Source: Eledone cirrhosa
Lineage: Eukaryota
Reading direction: 5' to 3'
DNA length: 64,000 nt
NCBI GenBank assembly: GCA_964016885.1
Contig: OZ024752.1
Span: 7,006,001-7,070,000, forward strand
Position numbers and translations under genes: made by a program. Position 1 is the first letter of the stretch. Every line of letters begins with the position of its first letter. The notes under the pieces are model-generated. The model searched no databases, was not told where the DNA came from, and worked only from the letters and a program-made list of their open reading frames with translations. Below, piece after piece: positions 1 to 13,039 of the stretch.

Positions 1-437
1 ATTCACGTATTTTCCTGTAAATTGAAAATTGATTAATTTCTTGAATTAATTCATAGATAAATTCATTGTATAGTTCAGCTGCTTAGCGTACAATTAAACA
101 TTATCTACTACCATGAGCCCAAATAATATGCAAATTAGTATGTCTATTTCAGTGGTACTACTATAAGTGACAGAGTATCTATATATTTCCTTGCAGTTTG
201 TTACATGGTGTACATATCTTCAGATGAGAACCCAATAAGATTTGAAAATTGATTTCAGATATCATTTTTCTTTTTTCAATTCTCAGAGAAATACAGGAAT
301 TTAGCATGTCTATACAGTCAATGTGTAAATTTATATACACATTCACAGTCTCCGCTATACTCTCTATACATATATATATATTCATTATATTCTTTGGCTG
401 CTTAGCACACAATTTAATATGTATTACGATCTGTGGG

Positions 438-1748
438 GGCTTCTGTCTGCTACTGGTACCATGCAGCCCAGTATAACCTGCTTCATGGTTGAGTGGCTTC
501 TGTCTGCTACTGGTACCATGTAGCCCAGTACAACTTGCTTCATGGTTGAGTGGCTTGTCTGCTACTGGTACCATGTAGCCCATTACAACCTGCTTAATGG
601 TTGAGTGGCTTCTGTCTGCTACTGGTACCATGTAGCCCATTACAACCTGCTTCATGGTTGAGTGGCTTCTGTCTGCTACTGGTACCATGTAGCCGAGTAC
701 AACCTGCTTCATGGTTGAGTGGCTTCTGTCTGCTACTGGTACCATGTAGCCCAGTATAACCTGCTTCATGGTCAAGTGGCTTCTGTCTGCTACTGGTACC
801 ATGTAGCCCAGTATAACCTGCTTCATGGTTGAGTGGCTTCTGTCTGCTACTGGTACCATGTAGCCCAGTATAACCTGCTTCATGGTCAAGTGGCTTCTGT
901 CTGCTACTGGTACCATGTAGCCCAGTATAACCTGCTTCATGGTCAAGTGGCTTCTGTCTGCTACTGGTACCATGTAGCCCAGTATAACCTGCTTCATGGT
1001 CAAGTGGCTTCTGTCTGCTACTGGTACCATGTAGCCCAGTACAACCTGCTTCATGGTTGAGTGGCTTCTGTCTGCTACTGGTACCATGTAGCCCAGTATA
1101 ACCTGCTTCATGGTCAAGTGGCTTCTGTCTGCTACTGGTACCATGTAGCCCAGTATAACCTGCTTCATGGTTGAGTGGCTTCTGTCTGCTACTGGTACCA
1201 TGTAGCCCAGTATAACCTGCTTCATGGTCAAGTGGCTTCTGTCTGCTACTGGTACCATGTAGCCCAGTATAACCTGCTTCATGGTCAAGTGGCTTCTGTC
1301 TGCTACTGGTACCATGTAGCCCAGTACAACCTGCTTCATGGTTGAGTGGCTTCTGTCTGCTACTGGTACCATGTAGCCCAGTATAACCTGCTTCATGGTC
1401 AAGTGGCTTCTGTCTGCTACTGGTACCATGTAGCCGAGTACAACCTGCTTCATGGTTGAGTGGCTTCTGTCTGCTACTGGTACCATGTAGCCCAGTATAA
1501 CCTGCTTCATGGTCAAGTGGCTTCTGTCTGCTACTGGTACCATGTAGCCCAGTATAACCTGCTTCATGGTTGAGTGGCTTCTGTCTGCTACTGGTACCAT
1601 GTAGCCCAGTATAACCTGCTTCATGGTCAAGTGGCTTCTGTCTGCTACTGGTACCATGCAGCCCAGTATAACCTGCTTCATGGTCAAGTGGCTTCTGTCT
1701 GCTACTGGTACCATGCAGCCCAGTATAACCTGCTTCATGGTCAAGTGG
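438..1748. repeat. 57-bp minisatellite, ~23 copies
   Basis: Unit ggcttctgtctgctactggtaccatgtagcccagtataacctgcttcatggttgagt starts at 438 and 495; explains the 19-aa periodic ORF 179..1756. Confidence 0.97.
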
Positions 1749-1824
1749 TCAGTCACTAAACCAGCTCCCCCACCAGACCCTGGTCTGGTGAGGAGGGTAA
1801 GTGGAACCCCAGCAGCACAAAAAA

Positions 1825-2020
1825 GCAGTTGTTAAAATGGCAGATGAACTCCTCAGAGTCAACAGCCATCCACACCAACGATAGGTTAAATAACCTCACC
1901 AACACACAACTGGTCAACCATGTCCAAAACCAAGCAGAAAGCAGTGGAGGTCAACCAGGGAGGGGTTCAACCAACAGGGGTCAGAAGGACCTGGACTGGA
2001 TTGGATATGAATGTAGGCAT
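1825..2020 (+). repeat. Dispersed repeat of unknown class, unexpanded homologue of 40800..42285
   Basis: gatgaactcctcagagtcaac...ggttaaataacctcaccaac...ggtcaaccagggaggggttc matches the reverse complement of both flanks and the unit of the 84-bp array. Confidence 0.85.
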
Positions 2021-2055
2021 CCATATTTCATTATTCATAACTAGAGCGAATGTAT

Positions 2056-2266
2056 AATGATGATGATGATGATGATGGTGATGGTGATGACGACGGTGAT
2101 GATGACGGTGGCGATGATGACGGTGGCGATGATGATGACGGTGGCGATGATGATGACGGTGGCGATGATGATGATGATGATGATGGTGGCGGCGGCGATG
2201 ATGATGATGATGATGGCGGCGGCGATGATGATGGTGGTGATGATGGAGATGATGATGGTGATGATT
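2056..2266. repeat. (GAT)n/(GGC)n compound microsatellite
   Basis: Direct inspection. Confidence 0.95.
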
Positions 2267-2808
2267 ATATCAACTTTACTATCACTAGTTAGGTCAGTCA
2301 TCAGATGTAGCAGAACTTTGGTAAAATTAAAAGGATGTATTATTACAGTTGATCACTAAATGGTGTAGTGACATGTTATCCCAATTGTAGCATGGGAAAG
2401 GGTTAAGGGGAAGAATGTTAATGTTTAGTTGTGTACATCTGGTTTAGAATATCTTCACCGTATCCCTACATGTCGTTAGAATCAAATAACAGGGTTGGCA
2501 CTAGGCAGAGCATCCATCTATAGAACATGAAGGCTTTCATGGGGCCTGCAAGGATAAACTCTGTTTTAGCAAGGAGAATTGATTCAAAACAAAAGTTGTA
2601 TTTTATCAACATCGCTTGCTTTTGTTAAGCATCTTGAAAAACTGCATTAGAATGCTGAACTTTTGCAGAGGGCATCTTTTTGATCTGTTAACAGAAATAG
2701 ATGCAGTTTCAACAAAAGAACAGATTCATTGATGTTATCAATTCTGTTTTTCTACAATTATAAAAAATCTATTTCTTCACAATCATAAAACTTTGGCTCA
2801 GTCTACTC

Positions 2809-2853
2809 AATATAGCGAGACATTTATTAGCATTGATTAGAAAACATTTCCCC
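2809..2853 (+). pseudogene. Possible decayed Penelope-like element ORF relic
   Basis: Translates NIARHLLALIRKHFP, resembling from memory the NIG..FL.LIDKHFP motif between RT and GIY-YIG in Penelope-like elements; flanks are degenerate. Confidence 0.35.
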
Positions 2854-3185
2854 ATTAACCAGAAACCCATCCCTTTTATCACTTACCAATGTCTTTCTCT
2901 CAGCAACACCAAACAACATAAAATACAACCACATTCAACAATATACATCTACCACTCATAGACAGTAACAGATGGACTAAGGCCATGCCATCCCTCTACC
3001 CCTGCTAAAGGGAGGTAATCTTGTGTGTCATATGACAAGTTTCATACTCATCATGTATCATCCCAAGTTGTACATAGACCACACACACAAATAGATCCCA
3101 CACACCAGTAGACCACACACAAAGAAACAAAAACAGCAAGAATTAAAGATCACCGAGACATACAAGAGACAGTTTATGGCTGTAG

Positions 3186-4136
3186 CAAACTCCAGTCCAC
3201 TCAGTCCCCAACAGTTCTATCACCTCCTAACAGACCACCAACACCTAAGGATCACAAACTCCAGTCCACATAGTCCCCAATAGTTCTATCACCTCCTAAC
3301 AGACCACCAACACCTAAGGATCACAAACTCCAGTCCACTCAGTCCCCAACAGTTCTATCACCTCCTAACAGACACCAACACCTAAGGATCACAAACTCCA
3401 GTCCACTCAGTCCCCAACAGTTCTATCACCTCCTAACAGACCACCAACACCTAAGGATCACAAACTCCAGTCCACATAGTCCCCAACAGTTCTATCACCT
3501 CCTAACAGACCACCAACACCTAAGGATCACAAACTCCAGTCCACATAGTCCCCAACAGTTCTATCACCTCCTAACAGACCACCAACACCTAAGGATCACA
3601 AACTCCAGTCCACATAGTCCCCAACAGTTCTATCACCTCCTAACAGACGACCAACACCTAAGGATCACAAACTCCAGTCCACTCAGTCCCCAACAGTTCT
3701 ATCACCTAACAGACACCAACACCTAAGGATCACAAACTCCAGTCCACATAGTCCCCGACAGTTCTATCACCTCCTAACAGACACCAACACCTAAGGATCA
3801 CAAACTCCAGTCCACATAGTCCCCAACAGTTCTATCACCTCCTAACAGACCACCAACACCTAAGGATCACAAACTCCAGTCCACATAGTCCCCGACAGTT
3901 CTATCACCTCCTAACAGACCACCAACACCTAAGGATCACAAACTCCAGTCCACTCAGTCCCCAACAGTTCTATCACCTAACAGACACCAACACCTAAGGA
4001 TCACAAACTCCAGTCCACATAGTCCCCAATAGTTCTATCACCTCCTAACAGACCACCAACACCTAAGGATCACAAACTCCAGTCCACATAGTCCCCAACA
4101 GTTCTATCACCTCCTAACAGACCACCAACACCTAAG
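3186..4136. repeat. 69-bp minisatellite, ~14 copies
   Basis: caaactccagtccac...cacctaaggatca recurs at 3186, 3255 and onward. Confidence 0.97.
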
Positions 4137-4307
4137 ATAATAATCAAAACACCAACATAAGGGTCATAAATCTTCCATCAATGAAGACCAAGTCTACACA
4201 ATAATCTCTTCAATGAAAATAAGAGTGTAAAGATTATTGTTAAAGAGGTATTGTTAACCTGATAAAGAGATGTATTAAGATTAAGAACAACTAAATATCC
4301 AGGACAC

Positions 4308-4317
4308 TGTATATGTA

Positions 4318-4391
<74 letters not shown>

Positions 4392-4394
4392 TAT

Positions 4395-4425
<31 letters not shown>

Positions 4426-4442
4426 CATATATTTATACATAT
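4308..4442. repeat. (TG)/(TA)/(CA) compound microsatellite
   Basis: Direct inspection. Confidence 0.95.
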
Positions 4443-4829
4443 GCAGATGTAGAAAATAATTTCATTATAAAAGGAGAGCATGTAGGTTACACAATAAGTG
4501 AAGAAAAGGTTACAGTATTTAGTGGGTGAATTTCCAATAAATATATTGGGGCCACTTATATCCACCGACATGTTCAATGGAATCACACTATAGCAAGCTA
4601 TTTGTCAAATCTACAGCTTTGATATCGTTACATGGTAAATAACACATATTTTAACACCAGCCTATTGATTATTTCTTATTAATCATTCCATGTACCAATA
4701 CTACAAGATCAATATATCAATATGTAAATAACTTTCACATATTTCATGCTTTCCTGCTTCCATTTAGTATTTTTTCAGCTGTTCCTTTGGTAATGACTTG
4801 GTAATCAAACAGCCATATTAATTGTGGCT

Positions 4830-5352
4830 ATTGTAAGGCAACAATGCTAGCAAGTATATTAATAAACTAAATATATATAAGTAGAATCTAAACTGTTGTT
4901 ATATAAAATATATATTCCATTGTAAGGCAACAATGCTAGGAAGTATATTAATAAACTAAATATATATAAGGAGAATCTAAACTGTTATATATAAAATATA
5001 TATTCCATTGTAAGGCAACAATGCTAGCAAGTATATTAATAAACTAAATATATATAAGTAGAATCTAAACTGTTGTTATATAAAATATATATTCCATTGT
5101 AAGGCAACAATGCTAGCAAGTATATTAATGAACAACTAAATATATATAAGTAGAATCTAAACTGTTGTTATATAAAATATATATTCCATTGTAAGGCAAC
5201 AATGCTAGCAAGTATATTAATAAACTAAATATATATAAGTAGAATCTAAACTGTTGTTATATAAAATATATATTCCATTGTAAGGCAACAATGCTAGCAA
5301 GTATATTAATAAACTAAATATATATAAGGAGAATCTAAACTGTTATATATAC
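4830..5352. repeat. ~89-bp AT-rich minisatellite, ~6 copies
   Basis: attgtaaggcaacaatgctag recurs at 4830, 4919 and onward. Confidence 0.95.
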
Positions 5353-5550
5353 TCCTTTAACAACTATGGTAGTAGCTTTTATTCCATAAAAAATTGTCTT
5401 CTAAGAAAATATCACTAAACTATCAAAATATTACAAATCAGTCAGTCATAGTCAATATCTTGTTATGGATTAGGTGGTGGGGTGGGGTGGGGTGGAAGAT
5501 GTGGAGTGGAGGATGTGGAGTGGAGGGTGTGGAGTGGGGTCGAGTGTATG

Positions 5551-6065
5551 TCAAGGTGGCAGGAATGTAGCAAGTGAGGGCTGTGGGGACAGATACCTCA
5601 AACACTTCCTCCAGTCGGTCCTGTCAAAAGCAACCATCTCCAAATAATCCAGCTGGATTCTCAAGCAAGACCAGCTAAGTTCATGGATGTTATTCAACCA
5701 CCTTGATTGGCATCTACCCCTGGGTCTCCTACCTGGTTGGTTTTGCCCATAAAATCTGTCCAGTGATTCTTTCTTGAGACATTCTAACCACATGTCCATA
5801 GTATCAGAGCTGTGATCTCTCAATTCAGAGAAGTAGCAGCTCTACCTGGAGTGACTCTCTGATCAAGCTATGCTCACTATCTAGTATCGTTTTTCCAAAG
5901 ACCCTACAGAGGAACCACATTTTGGCTGCTTGAATTCACGATTGTATTCTTTCAATCATTACACAAGATTCATGACCATAGTTAAGGGTTGGCAGAAATA
6001 CCGAATTGAAGATAGTGAGTTTGGCTTTTACACCTACCTCCCTTTTTCTGATTACTGAACGCTGA
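5551..6065 (-). mobile_element. Degenerate RTE-clade LINE ORF2 C-terminal fragment
   Basis: Frameshifted translation includes GRRPRGR..SRW and DRTDWR, typical of RTE C-termini; same family as 18564..18790. Confidence 0.7.
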
Positions 6066-6204
6066 AGGTAGATGTAAAACAAAAATAATGATAATGAAAA
6101 CTTCGTAGAAGAAATTAAGTAGGACTGAGATGATTAGAGATACAAGTTTTTCAAATCTGATAAAACTGGAGCTAGCATGAAAAATAGATGTGAAAATGAT
6201 AATG

Positions 6205-6416
6205 TTGGTTTCTGAGGTACAAGGCCAACAATTTTGGGGAGAGAGGAAAGTCTATTAAATCGACCCCAGTGCATCACCAGTGATTTATTTCATTGACCCC
6301 CGTAAGGATGAAAGGCAAAGTTAACCCAGACAGGATTTGAACTCAGAATGTAAAGGGATGTAACTATGCAGCAAAGCATGTCTGATGCCCTACTAATACT
6401 GCCAATCTACTGCCCG
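6205..6416 (-). mobile_element. tRNA-derived SINE (family S1)
   Basis: B-box-like gagttcaaatcc followed by gttaactttgcctttcatccttacgggg on the minus strand; many copies in the window. Confidence 0.8.
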
Positions 6417-7221
6417 ATGTTAAAATGACAATAACAGCAGATTTCTGTTGCTCAACAACAACTGTAACAACAATTACAGCTTATTGATCATCATCCTTAG
6501 AACATTCACTCTTATAATTCAATACTTTTCCAAGTATTATGTATTCAGCAAATAACTACAACAACAATACTTTCTTTAGTTTCTTAATACTACCATCATC
6601 CTCATCAAACCCCATTTTATATCCCTTTTACAATGGATTGGACAGGTTGTCACAGCCCAAGTCACTTTTTATTCTGCATTACTGCCCTCCCAGAGAGGAC
6701 CCCATATCAATCATACATGCTATTCTTGGCATAGTTTCTGCAGCTGGAAGCCATTCTTAACACGAATCACTTTACAGAATATATTAGCTTTATGTTATCA
6801 TGGTACCATCGCTATTGAGGGTGTTAGACTAACCCCCCAACAACAAACAGTTACATAGATACCACCTTGTTGTTAACATCAGCAAGTTCAATAAGATACT
6901 AACAATCTAGTACACATTATCTAGAGGAATATATTGATCAGCAGTTTCTACAATAATCAATAGAAATGTTATTCTATTTGTTTGTTTGGAATTAGCACTT
7001 AAGTAAAGATCAGTTGTGTTATTGTTTTAATAAAAATAGAGTAGAGAGAGAGAGAGAGATATTCAATAAAATAACATATACACCATCATATTTACTGCAT
7101 CAACAGTCCTGGTTAACTCCAACACCATGTCTTTTCTTTGTAATGTTTGGTCTTTCACTACTTCCACTGTGAGGTAGAACAAGTTCAGTCAGTATCTTAC
7201 CTAAATCATAACACAAGTGAC

Positions 7222-7378
7222 AAATTGGCAGAGTTGTTAGAACATCTGATAGAATGCTTTGTGGTATTTGTTTTGGCCATCTGCTCTCTGAGTTCAAATG
7301 CTGCTGAAGTTAACTTTGCCTTTCATCCATTCAAGGTTGATAAAAAAAAGTACCAGTCAAGTACTGGGGTCGATTCTC
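7222..7378 (+). mobile_element. SINE S1-related copy
   Basis: ctgagttcaaat...gttaactttgcctttcatcc...aagtaccagtcaagtactggggtcgat. Confidence 0.75.
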
Positions 7379-7439
7379 CCTCTATATCTCTTTCTCACTC
7401 TCTCTATGTGAGTGGGTGAGTGAAAGCTCATGTATGCGT

Positions 7440-8362
7440 AAGCTTGTGTGTGAGCAAGCTTGTGTGTGTGTGTGGAAGATAATGTGTGCAGAAGCTTGTG
7501 TGTGTGTGAAACTCATGTGTGTGGAAGCCTGTGAGTGTGAAACTCATGTGTGTGGAAGCCTGTGAGTGTGAAACTCATGTGTGTGGAAGCCTGTGAGTGT
7601 GAAACTCATGTGTGTGGAAGCCTGTGAGTGTGCAAGCTCGTGTGTGTGGAAGCCTGTGAGTGTGAAACTCATGTGTGTGGAAGCCTGTGAGTGTGAAACT
7701 CATGTGTGTGGAAGCCTGTGAGTGTGAAACTCATGTGTGTGGAAGCCTGTGAGTGTGAAACTCATGTGTGTGGAAGCCTGTGAGTGTGCAAGCTCGTGTG
7801 TGGAAGCTCGTGTGTGTGGAAGCTTGTGTGTGTGTGTGTGGAAGCTCGTGTGTGTGGAACTCTCGTGTGTGTGTGGAACTCTCGTGTGTGTGTGTGTGGA
7901 ACTCTCGTGTGTGTGTGTGTGTGGTGTGGAACTCTCATGTGTGTGTGTGTGGAACTCATGTGTGTGTGTGTGGAACTCTCGTGTGTGTGTGTGTGGAACT
8001 CTCGTGTGTGTGTGGAACTCTCGTGTGTGTGTGGAACTCTCGTGTGTGTGTGGAACACTCGTGTGTGTGTGGAACTCTCGTGTGTGTGTGGAACTCTCGT
8101 GTGTGTGTGGAACTCTCGTGTGTGTGTGGAACTCGCGTGTGTGTGTGGAACTCGCGTGTGTGTGTGGAACTCTCGTGTGTGTGTGTGGAACTCTCGTGTG
8201 TGTGTGTGGAACTCTCGTGTGTGTGTGTGGAACTCTCGTGTGTGTGTGGAACTCTCGTGTGTGTGTGGAACTCTCGTGTGTGTGTGGAACTCTCGTGTGT
8301 GTGTGGAACTCTCGTGTGTGTGTGGAACTCTCGTGTGTGTGTGGAACTCTCGTGTGTGTGTA
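7440..8362. repeat. TG-derived minisatellite (30-bp then ~20-24-bp units)
   Basis: gtgtgtggaagcctgtgagtgtgaaactca followed by (gt)n-ggaactctc units. Confidence 0.95.
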
Positions 8363-8399
8363 TGTCCATGTTTACATCTACACCATTTAACCAGGGGTG

Positions 8400-8572
8400 T
8401 TTATGTGTTGGTAACTTAGCAATTCAACAAAATGAGATTGATGAAATAAGTACCAGACTTAAATAAAAAGAAAAAATATGTACTGTGGGGTCAATATGAT
8501 TAACTAAACCCATTGAAGGTGGTGCCCCAGCATGACCACAGTCAAATGACTGAAACAAGAGAAAGAAAAGAA
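8400..8572 (+). mobile_element. SINE 3' portion
   Basis: gtactgtggggtcaatatgattaactaaacc...ggtgccccagcatgaccacagtcaaatgactgaaacaag; homologous to 22741..23020. Confidence 0.65.
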
Positions 8573-8590
8573 CAAAATAATTATTGAGTT

Positions 8591-10171
8591 ATGAGTTATA
8601 TTAATATATATGGCACGGTGGGACACACCATGGTCACCCGCATAGTTAACCAAGTCGTACAGAACGGGGTTGTTCCGAAGGACTGGCATAGCAGCATCAT
8701 CGTTAACTGTTATAAGGGTAAAGGAGACGCCCTAGATAGGAGTAACTATAGAGGCATTAAATTAATCGACCAGGTCATGAAGGTCACGGAAAGAGTAATA
8801 GCGCAACTAATCAGAGAGAGAATTGACCTAGATGAAATGCAGTTCGGGTTTGTGTCAGGCAAAAGTACCACAGACGCTCTTTTCATAGTACGACAACTAC
8901 AGGAGAAGTACCTAGCTAAAGGTAAACCCCTCTACTTAGCTTTTGTCGACTTGGAGAAAGCCTTCGACAGAGTCCCCCGCTCCATTATCTGGTGGGCTCT
9001 TAGAAAACTAGGCGTTGACGAATGGCTTGTGAGGGCTATACAAGCCATGTATAAAGAAACAGTCAGCAAGGTTAGAATTAACAACGAATATAGTGAAGAG
9101 TTTAGCGTAAAAGTCGGCGTCCATCAGGGCTCTGTTCTCAGTCCACTACTATTTATTATTGCCCTTCAGGCTATAACAGAGGAGTTCAAGACAGGCTGCC
9201 CATGGGAACTCCTATACGCAGACGACCTGACACTCATAGCGGAATCAATGGCCGAGCTAGAGAAGAAATTCCAAACATGGAAGCACGGCCTAGAGTCAAA
9301 AGGACTTAAAATTAACCTGGCTAAGACCAAAGTACTAGTTTGTAGGAAAGAAAACAAGGCGGCGGTCCCTTCGGGGAAATGGTCGTGCTCGGTGTGTAGG
9401 AAAGGCGTAGGTAGAAACTCCATTTTATGTCCTAAATGCAAAGTATGGGTGCATAAAAGATGTAGTGGGATCACAGGTAAGCTAACTAAGAACATAGATT
9501 TTACATGTGGCCGGTGCTCTGGTGCAATAAGTAGCAGCAAGTGCCCACAAACTACTAGCTCTTTCAATTGCGCAGAGGGTTCTATAGAAATAGTGGACAG
9601 CTTCCGTTACCTGGGCGATAAAATCAGCAGTGGGGGAGGGTGCTCTGAAAGTACTGTAGCTAGAGTCAGAACTGGTTGGAAAAAGTTCAGAGAGCTTATA
9701 CCACTATTAGCTGCTAAAGGGTTCTCACTAAAAATGAAAGGCAGGTTGTACGATGCCTGCATACGAACAGCAATGCTGCATGGCAGTGAGACCTGGGCAT
9801 TGTGTGCAGAGGATATACGCAGACTAGAGAGGAACGAAGCTTGCATGCTCCGCTGGATGTGTAACAGTAATATACGTGAACGGCAAAGCATAAACGAACT
9901 AAGGAATAAATTAGAGATAAGAGGGATCAGATGTTGTTTACTCGAGAGAAGGCTACGTTGGTATGGACACGTGATGCGCATGAAAGTCGATAGCTGTATA
10001 ACAAAGTGCAGGGCAATAAAGATAGACGGTAGTCACGGAATAGGCAGACCTAGAAAAACCTGGGACGAGCTGATAAACTCCGACATCACACACTTACACC
10101 TCTCCAAGACAATGTCACTGGACCGAGACCTTTGGCGGTACTCAGTAACAGAGAAGACCCGCCTTACCTAA
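8591..10171 (+). pseudogene. RTE ORF2 remnant: reverse transcriptase, PHD-type finger and C-terminal domain; open frame but no APE endonuclease
   Basis: NYRGIKL, QFGF, AFVDLEKAFDRV, GVHQGSVLSPLLF, YADD, FRYLG and RLRWYGHV motifs. Confidence 0.92.
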
Positions 10172-10563
10172 ATATATAGTAAAACCTACTCCAGCCAGTA
10201 GGCATCTCTAACAAAATACACCCCGTCCCACCACCCCCACCCGATCCACACCACCCCGTTCTATGTAAAGTTATGTTGGTGCCGCGCCATCGAGGCCGAA
10301 ACAAATGAGATCGTGTAGGTGTCACGACAAAAAAACACACAGTCCACGCTGTAATGTGGCCGTGTAGGCAACACGGTAAAAACCTCCCAGACCCACACTG
10401 TAAATGTGGTTGGTGTTAGGAAGGGCATCCAACTGTAGAAAACCTGCCAGACAGTCCTATGCGAGCAAGACAATCACTCTTGCCTCAAGTGGGACTACCC
10501 CCGTCCAAACCCATGCAAGCGTGGAACACGGACGTTAAACGCTGATGATGATGATGATGATGA
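8612..10563 (+). mobile_element. RTE-clade non-LTR retrotransposon family A, copy 1 (5'-truncated)
   Basis: RT ORF, ~370-bp 3' UTR, (TGA)n tail then (TA)n. Confidence 0.93.
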
Positions 10564-10789
10564 TATATATATATATAATCTGAGTTTTTCGAATATTAAT
10601 AATAACATTCGATTCGTTTGCAATTTTGCAAACAAGCCTCAATTTTATAGCCATGTCATTCTTGGTATTGTGTTGGCATGTGAACAAAACTGCAGACACT
10701 AATGTTTCTGGGTATCACCCTACATATATATATATTGTGAAATATATTAATATATATATATATATATAGTAAAATATATTAATATATAT

Positions 10790-13006
10790 TCGTGATATTG
10801 TCGGGGAGAAGTGTGTCCTTAATGATGATGGCATACTTGCCATCACTGACGCTGATAAGAAGGTAGCTTGGAAGTGTCACTACGAAAGGCTTCTAAATGA
10901 GGAGAACAAATGGGAGAAAGACAGTCTCCCCCACATCGACCCAATAGAGGGACCAGCAGTGTTAGTCGAAGGTAGTATAATAAGTAAGGCAATCAAAGAT
11001 ATGAAGACGGGTAAGGCAGCTGGGCCTTCGGAAATAGTTGCTGAAATGCTGAAAGCCTCTGGAACGGTGGGACACACCATGGTCACCCGGATAGTAAACC
11101 AAGTCATACAGAATGGGGTTGTTCCGAAGGACTGGCATAGCAGCATCATCATTAACTGTTACAAGGGTAAAGGAGATGCCCTAGATAGGTGTAACTATAG
11201 AGGCATTAAATTAATCGACCAGGTCATAAAGGTCACGGAAAAAGTAATAGCGCAACTAATCAGAGAGAGAATTGATCTAGATGAAATGCAGTTCGGGTTT
11301 GTGTCAGGCAAAAGTACCACAGACGCTCTTTTCATTGTACGACAACTACAGGAGAAGTACCTAGCTAAAAGTAAACCCCTATACTTAGCTTTTGTTGACT
11401 TGGAGAAAGCCTTCGACAGAGTCCCCCGTTCCATTATCTGGTGGGCTCTTAGAAAACTAGGTGTTGACGAATGGCTTGTGAGAGCTATACAAGCCATGTA
11501 TAAAGAAACAGTCAGCAAGGTTAGAATTAACAACGAATATAGTGAAGAGTTTAGCGTAAAAGTTGGTGTCCATCAGGGCTCTGTTCTTAGCCCCCTACTA
11601 TTTATTATTGCCCTTCAGGCTATAACAGAGGAGTTGAAGACCGGCTGCCCATGGGAACTCCTATACGCAGATGATCTAACGCTCATAGCTGAATCAATGA
11701 CCGAGCTAGAGAAGAAATTCCAAACATGGAAGCACGGCCTAGAATCAAAAGGCCTTAAAATTAACCTGGCTAAGACTAAAGTTCTAGTTTGTAGGAAAGA
11801 AAATAAGGCGGCGGTCCCTTCCGGGAAATGGCCATGCTCAGTGTGTAAGAAGGGCGTAGGCAGAAACTCCATTTTATGTCCCAAGTGCAAAGTATGGGTG
11901 CATAAAAGATGTAGTGGGATCACAGGTAAGCTAACTAAGAACATAGATTTTACATGTGGCCGGTGCTCTGGTGCAATAAGTAGCAGCAAGTACCCACAAA
12001 ATACTAGCTCTTTTAATTGCGCAGAGGGTTCTATAGAAATAGTGGACAGCTTCCGTTACCTGGGTGACAAAATCAGCAGTGGGGGAGGGTGCTCTGAAAG
12101 TACAGTAGCTAGAGTCAGAACTGGATGGAAAAAGTTCAGAGAGCTTATACCACTATTAGCCGCTAAAGGGTTCTCCCTAAAAATGAAAGGTAGGTTATAT
12201 GATGCCTGCATACGAACAGCAATGCTGCATGGCTGTGAGACCTGGGCTTTGTGTGCAGAGGATATACGCAGACTAGAGAGGAACGAAGCTTGCATGCTCC
12301 GTTGGATGTGCAATAGTAATATACGTGAACGGCTAAGCATAAACGAACTAAGGAAAAAATTAGAAATAAGAGGATCAGATGTTGTTTACTCGAGAGAAGG
12401 CTACGTTGGTATGGTCACGTGATGCGCATGAAAGACGATAGCTGTATAACAAAGTGCAGGGCAATAAAGATAGACGGTAGCCACGAAGTAGGCAAACCCA
12501 GAAAAACCTGGGACGACATGATAAATTCCGACCTCACACGCTTACACCTCTCCAAGACAATGTCACTGGACCGAGACCTTTGGCGGTACTCAGTAATAGA
12601 GAAGACCCGCCTTACCTAAATACATAGTAAAACCTACTACAGTCAGTAGGCATCTCTAACAAAACACACCCGTCCCACCACCCCCACCCCATCCACACCA
12701 CCCCTTTCAATGTAAAGTTATGTTGGTGCCACAACATCCAGGCCGAAACAAATGAGATCGTGTAGGTGTCACGACAAAAAACACACAGTCCACGCTGTAA
12801 TGTGGCCGTGTAGGCAACACGGTAAAAACCTCCCAGCCCCACACTGTAAATGTGGTTGGTGTTAGGAAGGGGATCCAGCTGTAGAAAACCCACCAGACAG
12901 TCCTATGCGAGCAAGACAATCACTCTTGCCTCAAGTGGGAAAACCCCCGTCCAAACCCATGCAAGCGTGGAACACGGACGTTAAACATTGATGATGATGA
13001 TGATGA
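10790..13006 (+). mobile_element. RTE family A, copy 2 (5'-truncated, 1-nt frameshift near 12372)
   Basis: Highly similar to copy 1; ORFs 10959..12422 and 12419..12619 join across agaggatc versus agagggatc in copy 1; same 3' UTR and (TGA)n tail. Confidence 0.93.
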
Positions 13007-13039
13007 TATATATATATAGTAAAATAAATTAATATATAT

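Noticed and set aside
179-1756. 525-aa ORF
   Set aside because: Translation of a 57-bp tandem repeat with no recognisable domain.
8591-12619. Retron/DGR/group II intron-type or active RT system
   Set aside because: Motifs, C-terminus and (TGA)n tails are RTE LINE; copies lack the endonuclease and 5' end.
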